Source: Isosphaera sp. (GTDB lineage Bacteria > Planctomycetota > Phycisphaerae > Phycisphaerales > UBA1924). From it: a DNA stretch of 64,000 nucleotides. Each line of letters begins with the position of its first letter. The first letter of the stretch is position 1. Below the pieces are notes generated by a model, which was not told the DNA's origin, did no database searches, and saw nothing but the letters and a program-made list of their open reading frames with translations. The translations under genes were made by a program, and so were the position numbers. Positions 28,974 through 38,043 of the stretch are shown here, piece by piece. The stretch is from contig PNJV01000001.1 of assembly GCA_013822085.1 (NCBI GenBank), positions 27,658 through 91,657 on the forward strand, read 5' to 3'.

Positions 28974-29268
28974 GTGTCTGCCCCGATGGGCCGCAACGGC
29001 GGCCCGGCTCGATGACGCTCCGACTCTTCCGCCCTGATGAGATGCGCCCTGGCGGCGGGTTCGTACGCCCGCCCGCCCAGCGGCACAAGGGACACCCGCG
29101 ATGCCCTGCTGACGGGGGTCAGCGGGGCGTGGACGGACATCGGAAGGGGCGATAAGTCATGCGCGTCGGTTGCATATCAGGGGCTTCGTCGGTGAGTCGC
29201 GGGCGGATGCTCTGGGCTGGGCCTGGGATAGCCCTGCTGGGCCCGAGGCAGCCCTGCTGGGCGTGGGT

Positions 29269-29928
29269 TTAGCCCTTGGTCTTGTCCTTGATCTCGTCGG
29301 CGCTGAGCCTGGTGGCGGTGGTGATCGTGATGGGGGTCGCCGGGACGTTCTGGTGCGGCCCGACGGTCTTGGTCTGCTGGGTGACGATCGTGTCGACGAT
29401 CTCGGTGCCCTGGATGACCTTGCCGAAGACGGCGTAGGCGGCGCCGTCGCGCGGCTCGTCGAGGAAGGTGTTGTTGGCCACGTTGATGAAGAACTGGCTG
29501 GTGGCCGAGTCGGCGACGTTGGTCCGGGCCATGGCGACGGTGTACTTGGCGTTCTTGAGGCCGTTGCGCCACTCGTTCTTGATGGGCGCGTTGGTGGGCT
29601 TCTGGTTCAGGTCTGGGGTGAAGCCGCCGCCCTGGACCATGAAGTTGGGGATGACGCGGTGGAAGATCAGGCCGTTGTAGTGGCCCGCGTCGACGTAGGC
29701 CAGGAAGTTCTCGACGGAGATCGGGGCCTTGGTCTGGTTGAGCTCCAGGACGATCTCACCCAGGGAGGTGGCGAGCTTGACGTACACGTAGGTCTCCTTC
29801 TGGTCTTGTGCGGGGGCTTGGGCCGCTGCGGGCTCCGGCGGGACAGCGGGGGCGGAGGCCGCGGCCAGGGCGAGCGTGGCCGGGAGTGTGATCGCAAGCA
29901 GCGAGCGGGTCCAAGCGGTGCGGGTCAT
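29269..29928 (-). CDS. peptidyl-prolyl cis-trans isomerase, cyclophilin type, exported
   Basis: ATG at 29928 (MTRTAWTRSLLAITLPATLALAAASA signal). FHRVIPNFMVQGGGF, YTVAMARTN, SQFFINV. Confidence 0.85.
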   Translation of the reverse strand: MTRTAWTRSLLAITLPATLALAAASAPAVPPEPAAAQAPAQDQKETYVYVKLATSLGEIVLELNQTKAPISVENFLAYVDAGHYNGLIFHRVIPNFMVQGGGFTPDLNQKPTNAPIKNEWRNGLKNAKYTVAMARTNVADSATSQFFINVANNTFLDEPRDGAAYAVFGKVIQGTEIVDTIVTQQTKTVGPHQNVPATPITITTATRLSADEIKDKTKG

Positions 29929-30042
29929 GGCGGGCCTCCGTGTGCCGCCGCGGTCTGGCGCGGGGCAGGGGCGAAGCATAGACCCCCGCTGGGGCTTCGA
30001 CGAGAAGACGGTCGTGTGGTCCGCTTGCCGGGGCGGGGGCGT

Positions 30043-31545
30043 CTAGCGCAGGCCGTATTCCTTGAGCTTGCGGTAGAGGGTGCGTTCGCCGATGCCCAGG
30101 AGGCGTGCGGCCTGCTCGCGGTTGCCGGCGGTGAGCAGGAGGGTCTCGCGGATGGCCCGTTTCTCGATCAGCTCAAGGGGGGTGCCGGCCAGGGAGCCCC
30201 CGGCGGCGTGGGGGTGGTCGTCGGGGAGCTCGGCGCGGGCCGGGTCGTCGGTGGTGTGCACGTCGTCGGGGATGTGGCGCACGTCAAGGCGGATGACGGA
30301 GGCGGGGTCGGGCGAGTCGCCGGCGGCGGTGACGACCATGTTCTGGACGACGTTGAGGAGCTGGCGGACGTTGCCCGGCCAGTGGTAGCTGGTCAGTCGC
30401 ATCAGGGCGGCGTCGGAGATCGCCGGGGTGGGCCGGCCGGGCAGGAGGCGCGTGCCCACGCGGGCCAGGGCGTGGAGGACGATGCGCGGCACGTCCTGGC
30501 GGCGGTCCGAGAGCGGCGGCAGGTGGACCTGGGCGCCCTTGATGCGGAAGAACAGGTCCTCGCGGAACTCGCCGCGGGCGATCATGGCCGGCAGGTCCTT
30601 GTTGGTGGCGCTGACGAGGCGCGCGTCGGTCTGGCGTTCGTCGTTGGACCCGACGCGGACGACGCGGCCCGTCTCGAGCACGCGCAGGAGCTTGGCCTGC
30701 ATCTTGAGGGGCATGTCCCCGATCTCGTCGAGGAAGAGCGTGCCGCCGGAGGCGTACTCGAAGACGCCCTCGCGGTCCTTCTCGGCGCCGGTGAAGGCCC
30801 CGCGGATGTGCCCAAAGAGCTGGTCCTCCAGGAGCGACTCGGTCTCGGCGGCGCAGTTGAGGGCAACAAAGCGGCCCTTGGCCCTGGGCGAGAGGCGGTG
30901 GACGGCCTGGGCGATGAGCTCCTTGCCCGTGCCCGACTGGCCCGTGACCAGGACCGGCAGCGTGCTCTGGGCCACGGTGCGGACCGTGCGCAGGATGCGG
31001 CGCATGGGCTCGGAGGCGGCCACGATGCCCTCGAAGCCGTCGTGCTGGGCCAGGTCCGGTGCGCCGGCCGAGGCCGCCTCGTGGCGGAGGAGCACGTGCT
31101 CGGCGGCGCGGTTGATCAGCGTGCGGAAGACGGCCAAGTCCAGGGGCTTCTCGATGAAGTCGTAGACGCCGTCCTTGAAGGCCGAGCGGGCGGTGGGCAC
31201 GTCGCCGTGGGCGGTGACCATCACGCACTCGGCGTGCGGCTGGAGCCGCCGGGCCGCCCGCAGCACCACCATGCCCGCGTCGGCGCCGTCGGCGGCCACG
31301 CCCTCGGCCCCGCCGGACGAGGGCATGCGCAGGTCGGTGATGATCACGTCGAAGGTCCCGTGACGCAGCTCGTCGAGCGCCCCGGCGACGCTCCCGGCGA
31401 TGGTGCACACGTGGCCCGGCTTGCGCAGGGCCTCGGCCATGGCGTCGGCGTGGTCGGGCTCGTCCTCGACGATGAGCACCTGAGCCCGGGGCGGGGGCTG
31501 CTGGCCCGGGGCCGCGGCGGGGGCGTGTTCTGAGGGGTCCGGCAT
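30043..31545 (-). CDS. sigma-54-dependent response regulator (NtrC/Fis family enhancer-binding protein)
   Basis: Receiver VLIVEDEP...VIITDLRMP. AAA+ domain with GQSGTGKE and the sigma-54 contact loop GAFTGA. C-terminal Fis-type HTH AARLLGIGERTLYRKLKEYG. Confidence 0.9.
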   Translation of the reverse strand: MPDPSEHAPAAAPGQQPPPRAQVLIVEDEPDHADAMAEALRKPGHVCTIAGSVAGALDELRHGTFDVIITDLRMPSSGGAEGVAADGADAGMVVLRAARRLQPHAECVMVTAHGDVPTARSAFKDGVYDFIEKPLDLAVFRTLINRAAEHVLLRHEAASAGAPDLAQHDGFEGIVAASEPMRRILRTVRTVAQSTLPVLVTGQSGTGKELIAQAVHRLSPRAKGRFVALNCAAETESLLEDQLFGHIRGAFTGAEKDREGVFEYASGGTLFLDEIGDMPLKMQAKLLRVLETGRVVRVGSNDERQTDARLVSATNKDLPAMIARGEFREDLFFRIKGAQVHLPPLSDRRQDVPRIVLHALARVGTRLLPGRPTPAISDAALMRLTSYHWPGNVRQLLNVVQNMVVTAAGDSPDPASVIRLDVRHIPDDVHTTDDPARAELPDDHPHAAGGSLAGTPLELIEKRAIRETLLLTAGNREQAARLLGIGERTLYRKLKEYGLR

Positions 31546-31604
31546 GCTGCCCCGAGGGTATCAGGGGCGGGGCCCTTGGCTGGGCCGGTCCCGGGCCACA
31601 CGGC

Positions 31605-33359
31605 TCAGTGGCGGAAGCGCCGCACGCCGGTGGTCAGGCAGGTCACGCTGCGCGCGGCGCAGAGCTCGAAGGTCTCGCCGTCGCGCTTGGAGCCGCCCGG
31701 TTGGACGATCGCCCGTGCGCCGCCGTCGATGAGCACGGCCGGGCCGTCCGGGAACGGAAAAAACGCATCGGAGACGGCGACCCACGGCCCAAGCCCGGCC
31801 GCCGGCCCGCCCGCGCGGGCCTTGTCGATGGCGATCCGGCAGGCGGTCAGGCGATCGACCTGCCCCAGCCCGGCCCCAACCAGACGCAGCGCGTCGCCGT
31901 CGGCCGCGACGATGCACACGGCGTTGGAGGTCATGGCTGAGACCGCGATCTCGCCGAAGGACCCGACGCGGAGCAGCTCGGGGGTCGGAAGCGGGCCGGC
32001 CTGGTGCTGCCAATGCTCGGGGCGCGGCGGGGCCGAGTCGGCGTCCTGGACCAGCGCGCCGCCGGTGATCGGCCGCAGCACCAGCCTGGGCGCGTCGGCG
32101 CCCGCCGGCAGCGTCGGCCCGGGGGCCGCGGGGGAGGCGGGTGTGGGGGTGGCAGATGCGCCAAAGGCCAGCAGGCGGATGCTCGACGAGCGCGCCCTGA
32201 GGGCCCCGAGTGCCTCGGAGGCAAAGCCGGGCGCCAGCAGCACCTCCACGAACACGTCGCGCTGGGTCAGGCGGTGAGCTGTGGCCGCGTCGATCGGGTG
32301 CGAGCAGGCCATGATCCCGCCGAAGGCCGCCAGCGGGTCGCCGGCCAGTGCCGCAGTGGCGGCCCCGAGGGAGGAGCCCGCCACAGCTGCGCCGCAGGGG
32401 TTGGCGTGCTTGATCACCGCGCAGGCGTGCGCGCCCGACCAGCGCCCGAGGCGCAGCACCAGGTCCAGAGCCGCTGCCGCGTCCTGGATGTTGTTGTAGC
32501 TCAGGGCCTTGCCGTGGAGCTGGGCCGCGGTGGGGACCGAGGGGCCGGCAAAGGCGGGGTCCACGTACACCGCTGCGCGCTGGTGGGGGTTCTCGCCGTA
32601 GCGGCAGTCGGCCAGCTTGGTGTAGGCGTGCACGGCGCGCTGCGGGAACGGCGAGGCGTCCGGCTCGTCGCCCAAGCGCAAGACCGCGGGCAGGGCCTGG
32701 GCGATGGCCGCGTCGTAGGCGGCGGTGCGCGCAAAGGCGTCGGCGGCCAGGCGGGCGCGGGCGTGCGCGCTGACGCCCCCGCGCTGGGCCAGCTCGAGGG
32801 CGACGCCGCGGTACTGCGCCGGGTCGGTCAGGACGGTCACATAGGCGTGGTTCTTGGCCGCCGAGCGGATCATCGCCGGGCCGCCGATGTCGATCTGCTC
32901 GATGAGCTGGTGGGGCGCCACGCCGGGGGTGCGAGCCGTGGCCTCGAAGGGGTAGAGGTTGACGCAGACCAGGTCGATGGGCGCGATGCCGTGGGCGCTC
33001 ATGGCCGCGGCATGAGCGGGCAGGTCGCGCACGGCCAGGATCCCGCCGTGGACGCGCGGGTGGAGCGTCTTGAGTCGGCCGTCCATCATCTCGGGCAGGC
33101 CGGTCAGGTCCTCGATCTGGGTGACGGGCAGGCCGGCCTGCCTGAGCGCGGTGGCGGTGCCGCCCGTGGAGACGAGCTGGGCGCCGTGCGCGTGGAGCGC
33201 CTGGGCCAGCGGGATCAGGCCGGCCTTGTCCCAGACGGACAGGAGCGCGCGGGCGATCGGGCGAGCCGGCGCGTCGGGTGCGGGCGGTGCTTGGTGGCTG
33301 GGGGTGGCGAGGGGAACGGGGGGGCCGGGGGGCGTGCGGGGCTGGCTCGGGTCGGTCAT
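31605..33359 (-). CDS. purH: bifunctional AICAR transformylase / IMP cyclohydrolase
   Basis: ALLSVWDKAGL, STGGTATALRQAGLPVTQIEDLTGLPEMMDGRLKTLHPRVHGGIL, C-terminal ...RRFRH. Confidence 0.9.
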   Translation of the reverse strand: MTDPSQPRTPPGPPVPLATPSHQAPPAPDAPARPIARALLSVWDKAGLIPLAQALHAHGAQLVSTGGTATALRQAGLPVTQIEDLTGLPEMMDGRLKTLHPRVHGGILAVRDLPAHAAAMSAHGIAPIDLVCVNLYPFEATARTPGVAPHQLIEQIDIGGPAMIRSAAKNHAYVTVLTDPAQYRGVALELAQRGGVSAHARARLAADAFARTAAYDAAIAQALPAVLRLGDEPDASPFPQRAVHAYTKLADCRYGENPHQRAAVYVDPAFAGPSVPTAAQLHGKALSYNNIQDAAAALDLVLRLGRWSGAHACAVIKHANPCGAAVAGSSLGAATAALAGDPLAAFGGIMACSHPIDAATAHRLTQRDVFVEVLLAPGFASEALGALRARSSSIRLLAFGASATPTPASPAAPGPTLPAGADAPRLVLRPITGGALVQDADSAPPRPEHWQHQAGPLPTPELLRVGSFGEIAVSAMTSNAVCIVAADGDALRLVGAGLGQVDRLTACRIAIDKARAGGPAAGLGPWVAVSDAFFPFPDGPAVLIDGGARAIVQPGGSKRDGETFELCAARSVTCLTTGVRRFRH

Positions 33360-33408
33360 AGGTGCGGGCCGGGCTGAGGCTCGGGGGGCCTAGGTGGGCT
33401 CGGGGGGC

Positions 33409-34830
33409 TCAGCGCGGGATGAAGCGCGAGACGCGGCCCTGCGCGGTGACGGCGTAGATGGAGCCCCCGACGGGCTTGTCGGTCAGGAGGCGCGTGTAGC
33501 CGGGCAGCGCGGTGGACGAGAGCACGTCGCCGCTCTGGCGGTCGATGCGCCAGGCCGTCGTGCCGTCCCATGCGATCACGTCGGTGCCGCGTGCCGAGAT
33601 GATCTCGCCGGAGACCATCGGGTTGCTCCAGCGGATCTCGCCGGTGTCGGGCTCGATGAGGCTCAGGCCCTTGTCGGGGAGCGTGACGTAGAGCCGGCCG
33701 TCGACGAAGACCGGCGGCTGGTCCAGCGGCTTCTGGTTGCGGAGCCTCCAGATGACCCGGCCGTCGGGCGCCAGGGCGTAGAGGGACTGATCGAGCGAGG
33801 CGACGAAGATGGCGCGGTCGCTGGTGGCCAGCGGGGCGCCGGGGCCGCCGAAGGCGGTGAACCTGCCCACGGCCTGGCCGGTGCCGGCGTCGAGGTTGAG
33901 GACCTCGCCGGCGTCGGAGCTAAAGACGATCTGCGCCGGCGCCGAGCGGACCGGGTTGGCGGTGATGGTCGCGCCGACGCGGTAGGACCAGGCCGAGGTG
34001 CCGGTGTCCATGCGGTGGGCCGAGGCGAAGCCGTCGCTGGTGCCGTACACGAGCAGGTTGCCGATGGCCAGGGGCTCGGTGGAGGCCACGCGCGCCAGGC
34101 GCTGCCGCGGCGTGCGGTCGGTGCCCAGGGGGGTGAGGTTGCCGGTGCCCGACTCGTAGAACGTGACGGTGCCCTCGGTGACGATCCCGAGCAGGTTGGC
34201 GAAGGCGACCACGCCCAGGACGCGCGAGTTGGGCGAATCGGGCTGCTGGGCCCAGCGCAGGGCCCCGCTCTCGACCGAGAGCGCCGAGACGGCCCCGCTG
34301 TTGTCGGCCACCAGGACCGAGGGCCCCGCCAGGCCGACCCAGGTCACGCTGGCGTCGGCCGGCGTGACCGAGGCGCCCGACCATGAGAGCCGGTAGCCGA
34401 GCGTCGAGAAGGCCCGGGCTGTGGGGTCCAGGCCCTCGGAGAAGACGTCGGGGGCGGGAGCCGGGCCGGCGCGCTCGGGGTTGGTCAGCGTGCCGCGGTC
34501 GCGCCGCGGGCGGCGGGCGCGCTGGCCGGGGCTGGGCGGGGACGCCGCCGGGCCCTGCGCCTGCGTGACCGGCTCGTCGGGGGCGGGGGGCCGCTGGGCC
34601 AGAGGCTCCGCCGCGGGCGCTTGAGGTTGCGTAACCGGGAACTCGGGCTGCGCAGCGGGGACCCCGGGCTGCGCGCCCAGCGGCTCGACGCGGACGGCCT
34701 GGCCCGGGGCTGGCTCGGTCGCGGCGCTGGCGCAGGCCTGAGCGCTCAGGCACAAGGCAGAAGCGATCAACGCCGCTGCGCAGCGGGCGCGGCGGGCGGA
34801 CGGTTGAGATGGTGTGAGCGGTAAGGCCAT
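33409..34830 (-). CDS. PQQ-like beta-propeller repeat protein (BamB-like), exported
   Basis: ATG at 34830 (MALPLTPSQPSARRARCAAALIASALCLSAQACA). Pro-rich linker, then repeated GxLxALDxxTGxxxW-type blades (SVESGALRWAQ, DAGTGQAVG, PDGRVIWRL, PDTGEIRWS). Confidence 0.7.
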   Translation of the reverse strand: MALPLTPSQPSARRARCAAALIASALCLSAQACASAATEPAPGQAVRVEPLGAQPGVPAAQPEFPVTQPQAPAAEPLAQRPPAPDEPVTQAQGPAASPPSPGQRARRPRRDRGTLTNPERAGPAPAPDVFSEGLDPTARAFSTLGYRLSWSGASVTPADASVTWVGLAGPSVLVADNSGAVSALSVESGALRWAQQPDSPNSRVLGVVAFANLLGIVTEGTVTFYESGTGNLTPLGTDRTPRQRLARVASTEPLAIGNLLVYGTSDGFASAHRMDTGTSAWSYRVGATITANPVRSAPAQIVFSSDAGEVLNLDAGTGQAVGRFTAFGGPGAPLATSDRAIFVASLDQSLYALAPDGRVIWRLRNQKPLDQPPVFVDGRLYVTLPDKGLSLIEPDTGEIRWSNPMVSGEIISARGTDVIAWDGTTAWRIDRQSGDVLSSTALPGYTRLLTDKPVGGSIYAVTAQGRVSRFIPR

Positions 34831-35098
34831 GTCGCGCGGCTCCGTGTCGGTCGGTTCGCCTGCCCAGCGTCTGCGTGCGGGAGGTGGGTGGTGGGGGCGG
34901 GCGTGCGGGGGTGGATGTGTGCAGGGGGCGGCGGCGTGCCCGAATCCACTCTCGTCCTGCACTCAACCAACGAGTTCTCCCTCTTTTTATCCCCTCCTGC
35001 CTATCCCCCGCCAACTCACTGCCCGCCTCAGCTCCCCATCACCACCCCCAACCCCCAACCCCACCCTCCAACCACTTCCCTCGCCCCGTTGCCCTACC

Positions 35099-35126
35099 CC
35101 GCCACCTGCCGCCCGCCACCTGCCGC
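35099..35126. repeat. perfect 14-bp tandem duplication (ccgccacctgccgc x2) inside a C-rich tract
   Basis: Copies at 35099-35112 and 35113-35126, embedded in the 35030-35160 C-run region. Confidence 0.9.
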
Positions 35127-35362
35127 TCCCCCCGCGATCACTCACCCCGCGCCACCCCCGCGCCCGTGCGCCCCCGCGGCTGCGCTGCCGAGGTGCGCAG
35201 CCGTGCACGGGCGTCCGCGGCCCATCTCCGTCGCGGGCGGCCGAGCGGGGCGGTCAGTATGCGGCCCCTGGGAGCACACGTCAAGCCGGCGTCAGTCGCT
35301 CCGGCACGCCAAGCGTACCGCAGCGGGGCTGGGCGCGCCAACGGGTCCCGATCCGCACAGCG

Positions 35363-35378
35363 TGGCCCGGGGGTTGCT
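35363..35378 (+). promoter_or_regulatory. candidate sigma-54 (-24/-12) promoter upstream of the glycogen synthase gene
   Basis: TGGCCCGGGGGTTGCT versus consensus TGGCACG-N4-TTGCW. GG-N10-GC spacing is exact and there is one mismatch in the specified positions. It ends 84 nt before the ATG at 35462. Confidence 0.45.
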
Positions 35379-35461
35379 CAGCCAGCGGAGAAACCGCCAG
35401 GCGCGGCTGTTGATTGGTCGTCGGTGCGCAGCCGGTGTTGGTGGCGTGGTACAGTGATCGC

Positions 35462-37438
35462 ATGACGAGCCACGCCGCGCCGGGCGCTGTCGCTGCGGCC
35501 CTGACCAGCACAGACCCGCACGCGGGGCGATCCAACAACGGGGCGGCCCACGCGCCCGGGCACGCTGCTGAGGCGGGTGCCCAGGCCCAGGCCGGCGGCG
35601 CCTGGCCTCCCGGGCACCTGCTGGAGGTGTCGTGGGAGGTGTGCAACCCGGTCGGGGGCATCTTCCAGGTGGTGCGCAGCAAGGCACCGTTCATGGTCGA
35701 TCGCTGGGGTGAGCGGTACTGCCTGGTGGGGCCGTACAACCCCCAGGCGGCGGCCCTGGAGTTCGAGGAGACGACGCCCACCGGCGTGATCGGCCGGGCC
35801 GTCAACGCGCTGCGCGCCGAGGGGATGAACGTCCGCCACGGGCGGTGGATGATCTCCGGCCGGCCGCGGACGGTGCTGATCGATCACTGGGTCAGCCAGG
35901 CCCACTGCGACGGCGTCAAGTACACCCTCTACGCCGACCACCACATCCCCACCCCCGGCGGCGACACGCTCATCGACGGCGTGGTCTCCTTCGCCGACGC
36001 GGTGCGCAGGCTGGTGGAGAAGGTCTGCGAGCAGTCGGCCGCCGGCGGCGTGATCGGCCCGGCGGCGGGCCCGGTGATCGCCCACTTCCACGAGTACATG
36101 GGCGGGCTGGCCATCCCGATGCTCCGGCGGAACCGCGCCGCGGCGGCCCTGGTCTTCCAGACCCACGCCACGCTCCTTGCGCGCTACATCGCCTCCAACG
36201 AGGAGGACTTCTACGACCGGCTCTCCTGGGGCACCATCGACCACATCGGCGAGGCCCGCAAGTACCAGGTCCAGACCCAGCACCTGATGGAACGCGCCTG
36301 CGCCCACGGAAGCCACGTCATGACCACCGTCTCGGCCGTCACGGCCGAGGAGTGCGACGGCCTGCTCGGGCGCCGGCCGGACGTGGTCCTGCCCAACGGC
36401 CTGGACATCCAGCGGTTCAACGTCGGGCACGAGTTCCAGACCCTGCACGCGACGTACAAGGACAAGATCAACCGGTTCGTCATGGGGCACTTCTTCCCGT
36501 CCTACCCCATGGACCTGGACCGCACGCTGTACATGTTCACCTCGGGCAGGTACGAGCCGCGCAACAAGGGCTTCGACCTGTGCCTGGAGGCCATGGCCAG
36601 GCTCAACGCCGAGCTCAAGGCCGCGGCCCTGGGCATCAACGTCGTCTTCTTCATCATCACCAAGCGGCCCACCCGCTCGCTCCACCCGGCGGCCCTGAGC
36701 TTGCGCGGCGTGCTCAACGAGTTCCGCTGGGTGTGCGAGCAGATCACCAGCCACCTGGGCGAGACCCTCTTCAAGCAGGGCGCCGCCGGCAAGCGCGTGG
36801 ACCTGGAGAAGGCCCTCGACGAGTACTGGGCCCTGCGCTACCGCCGCACGCAGCAGGCCCTCAAGACCGACCGCCTGCCGCTGGTGACCACGCACATGAT
36901 CGACGACGACCACGACCCCGTCCTGGCCCAGATCCGGTCCCTGGGCCTGCTCAACCGCCCCGAGGACCCCGTCAAGATCGTCTACCACCCGGACTTCATC
37001 TCGCCGGTCAACCCGCTCTGGGGCATGGAGTACGAGCAGTTCGTCCGCGGGTGCCACGTGGGCATCTTCCCGTCGGCCTACGAGCCCTGGGGGTACACGC
37101 CGCTCGAGTGCGTGGCCATGGGCGTGCCGGCGGTGTCGAGCGATCTGGCCGGGTTCGGGGCCTATGTGATGGAGCAGAACCGCCACCACGAGCGCCCCGG
37201 CATGTGGGTGATCCGCAGGCGCAGCCGCGGCTTCCACGACGCGGCCGCGGACCTGACGCGCAACCTCCTGGAGTTCTGCCGGCTCGACCGCCGCGGGCGC
37301 ATCGCCCTGCGCAACCAGGTCGAGGCCCAGTCCTGGTCCTTCGACTGGGGCATGCTCGGGCCGGCGTACTCGATCGCCCACGACCTGGCGCTCCAGCGCG
37401 CCTTCGGCCTGACGCCCGCCGGGCACATCGGGGCCTGA
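35462..37438 (+). CDS. glycogen synthase, eukaryote-type (glycosyltransferase family 3-like)
   Basis: ATG at 35462. Collinear from memory with yeast/animal GS: EVSWEVCNPVGGIFQVVRSKAP, HFHEYMGGLAIPML, QTHATLLARY, LPNGLDIQRF, GRYEPRNKGFD, FVRGCHVGIFPSAYEPWGYTPLECVAMGVP. Confidence 0.8.
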   Translation: MTSHAAPGAVAAALTSTDPHAGRSNNGAAHAPGHAAEAGAQAQAGGAWPPGHLLEVSWEVCNPVGGIFQVVRSKAPFMVDRWGERYCLVGPYNPQAAALEFEETTPTGVIGRAVNALRAEGMNVRHGRWMISGRPRTVLIDHWVSQAHCDGVKYTLYADHHIPTPGGDTLIDGVVSFADAVRRLVEKVCEQSAAGGVIGPAAGPVIAHFHEYMGGLAIPMLRRNRAAAALVFQTHATLLARYIASNEEDFYDRLSWGTIDHIGEARKYQVQTQHLMERACAHGSHVMTTVSAVTAEECDGLLGRRPDVVLPNGLDIQRFNVGHEFQTLHATYKDKINRFVMGHFFPSYPMDLDRTLYMFTSGRYEPRNKGFDLCLEAMARLNAELKAAALGINVVFFIITKRPTRSLHPAALSLRGVLNEFRWVCEQITSHLGETLFKQGAAGKRVDLEKALDEYWALRYRRTQQALKTDRLPLVTTHMIDDDHDPVLAQIRSLGLLNRPEDPVKIVYHPDFISPVNPLWGMEYEQFVRGCHVGIFPSAYEPWGYTPLECVAMGVPAVSSDLAGFGAYVMEQNRHHERPGMWVIRRRSRGFHDAAADLTRNLLEFCRLDRRGRIALRNQVEAQSWSFDWGMLGPAYSIAHDLALQRAFGLTPAGHIGA

Positions 37439-37488
37439 CGGGCCCGGGGGCCACTCGACGCGGCCCCGGCGCCGATCAATCATCGCCC

Positions 37489-37989
37489 GTGGCTGCGCAC
37501 GCTCCCGATCACGGCGGACCGACCGACGGCACGGCTCTGCCGTCGGTCCGGCTGTTCACCGACGGCGCCTGCTCGGGCAACCCCGGGCCGGGCGGGTGGG
37601 CGTTTATCCTGCGGCACGACGCCTCGGGCAAGCAGGTCGAGCGCTCCGGCGGCGAGCCGGCCACGACCAACAACCGCATGGAGCTGACGGCCATCGTGAT
37701 GGGCCTGCGGGCCCTGACGCGGCCGGCCCGCGTCAGGCTCGTCAGCGACAGCGAGTACGCCCTCAAGGGCCTGCGCCAGTGGCTGGCGGCGTGGAAGAAG
37801 CGCGGCTGGAGGACCGCCGGCAAGCAGCCGGTCAAGAACCAGGACCTGTGGGAGGAGCTCGACGCGCTCATGGCCGGCCACAGCGTGGAGTGCGAGTGGA
37901 TCCGCGGGCACGCCGGGCACGCCGAGAACGAACGCTGCGACCAGCTGGCCGTCGAGGCGATCCGGGCCCTGCGCGCCGGCGGCGCGTAG
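37489..37989 (+). CDS. rnhA: ribonuclease HI
   Basis: LFTDGACSGNPGPGGWAFIL, TTNNRMELTAIV, SDSEY, HAGHAENERCDQLA. There is no in-frame ATG, so the GTG at 37489 is my best guess for the start. Confidence 0.8.
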   Translation: MAAHAPDHGGPTDGTALPSVRLFTDGACSGNPGPGGWAFILRHDASGKQVERSGGEPATTNNRMELTAIVMGLRALTRPARVRLVSDSEYALKGLRQWLAAWKKRGWRTAGKQPVKNQDLWEELDALMAGHSVECEWIRGHAGHAENERCDQLAVEAIRALRAGGA

Positions 37990-38043
37990 CACGCGCCCCG
38001 GGCCGCCCCAGCGGGCGCGCCCTTGCCGCTACCCTGCGCAGCT

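Noticed and set aside
28925-29140. 71-aa minus-strand ORF upstream of the HPF-like gene.
   Set aside because: It overlaps the start of the 28671..28973 gene in another frame, and has no ribosome-binding site or recognisable motif.
33360-33408. Possible ZTP (pfl) riboswitch upstream of purH.
   Set aside because: Only 49 nt separate purH from the preceding gene. I see none of the conserved ZTP core sequences, only a small symmetric element (GCTGAG...CTCAGC enclosing two ggctcgggggg copies).
34814-35465. Three overlapping 189-199-aa plus-strand ORFs in the BamB-like/glycogen synthase spacer.
   Set aside because: They are Pro/Ala/Arg low-complexity translations of the C-run tract in all three frames, with no start context and no motif.
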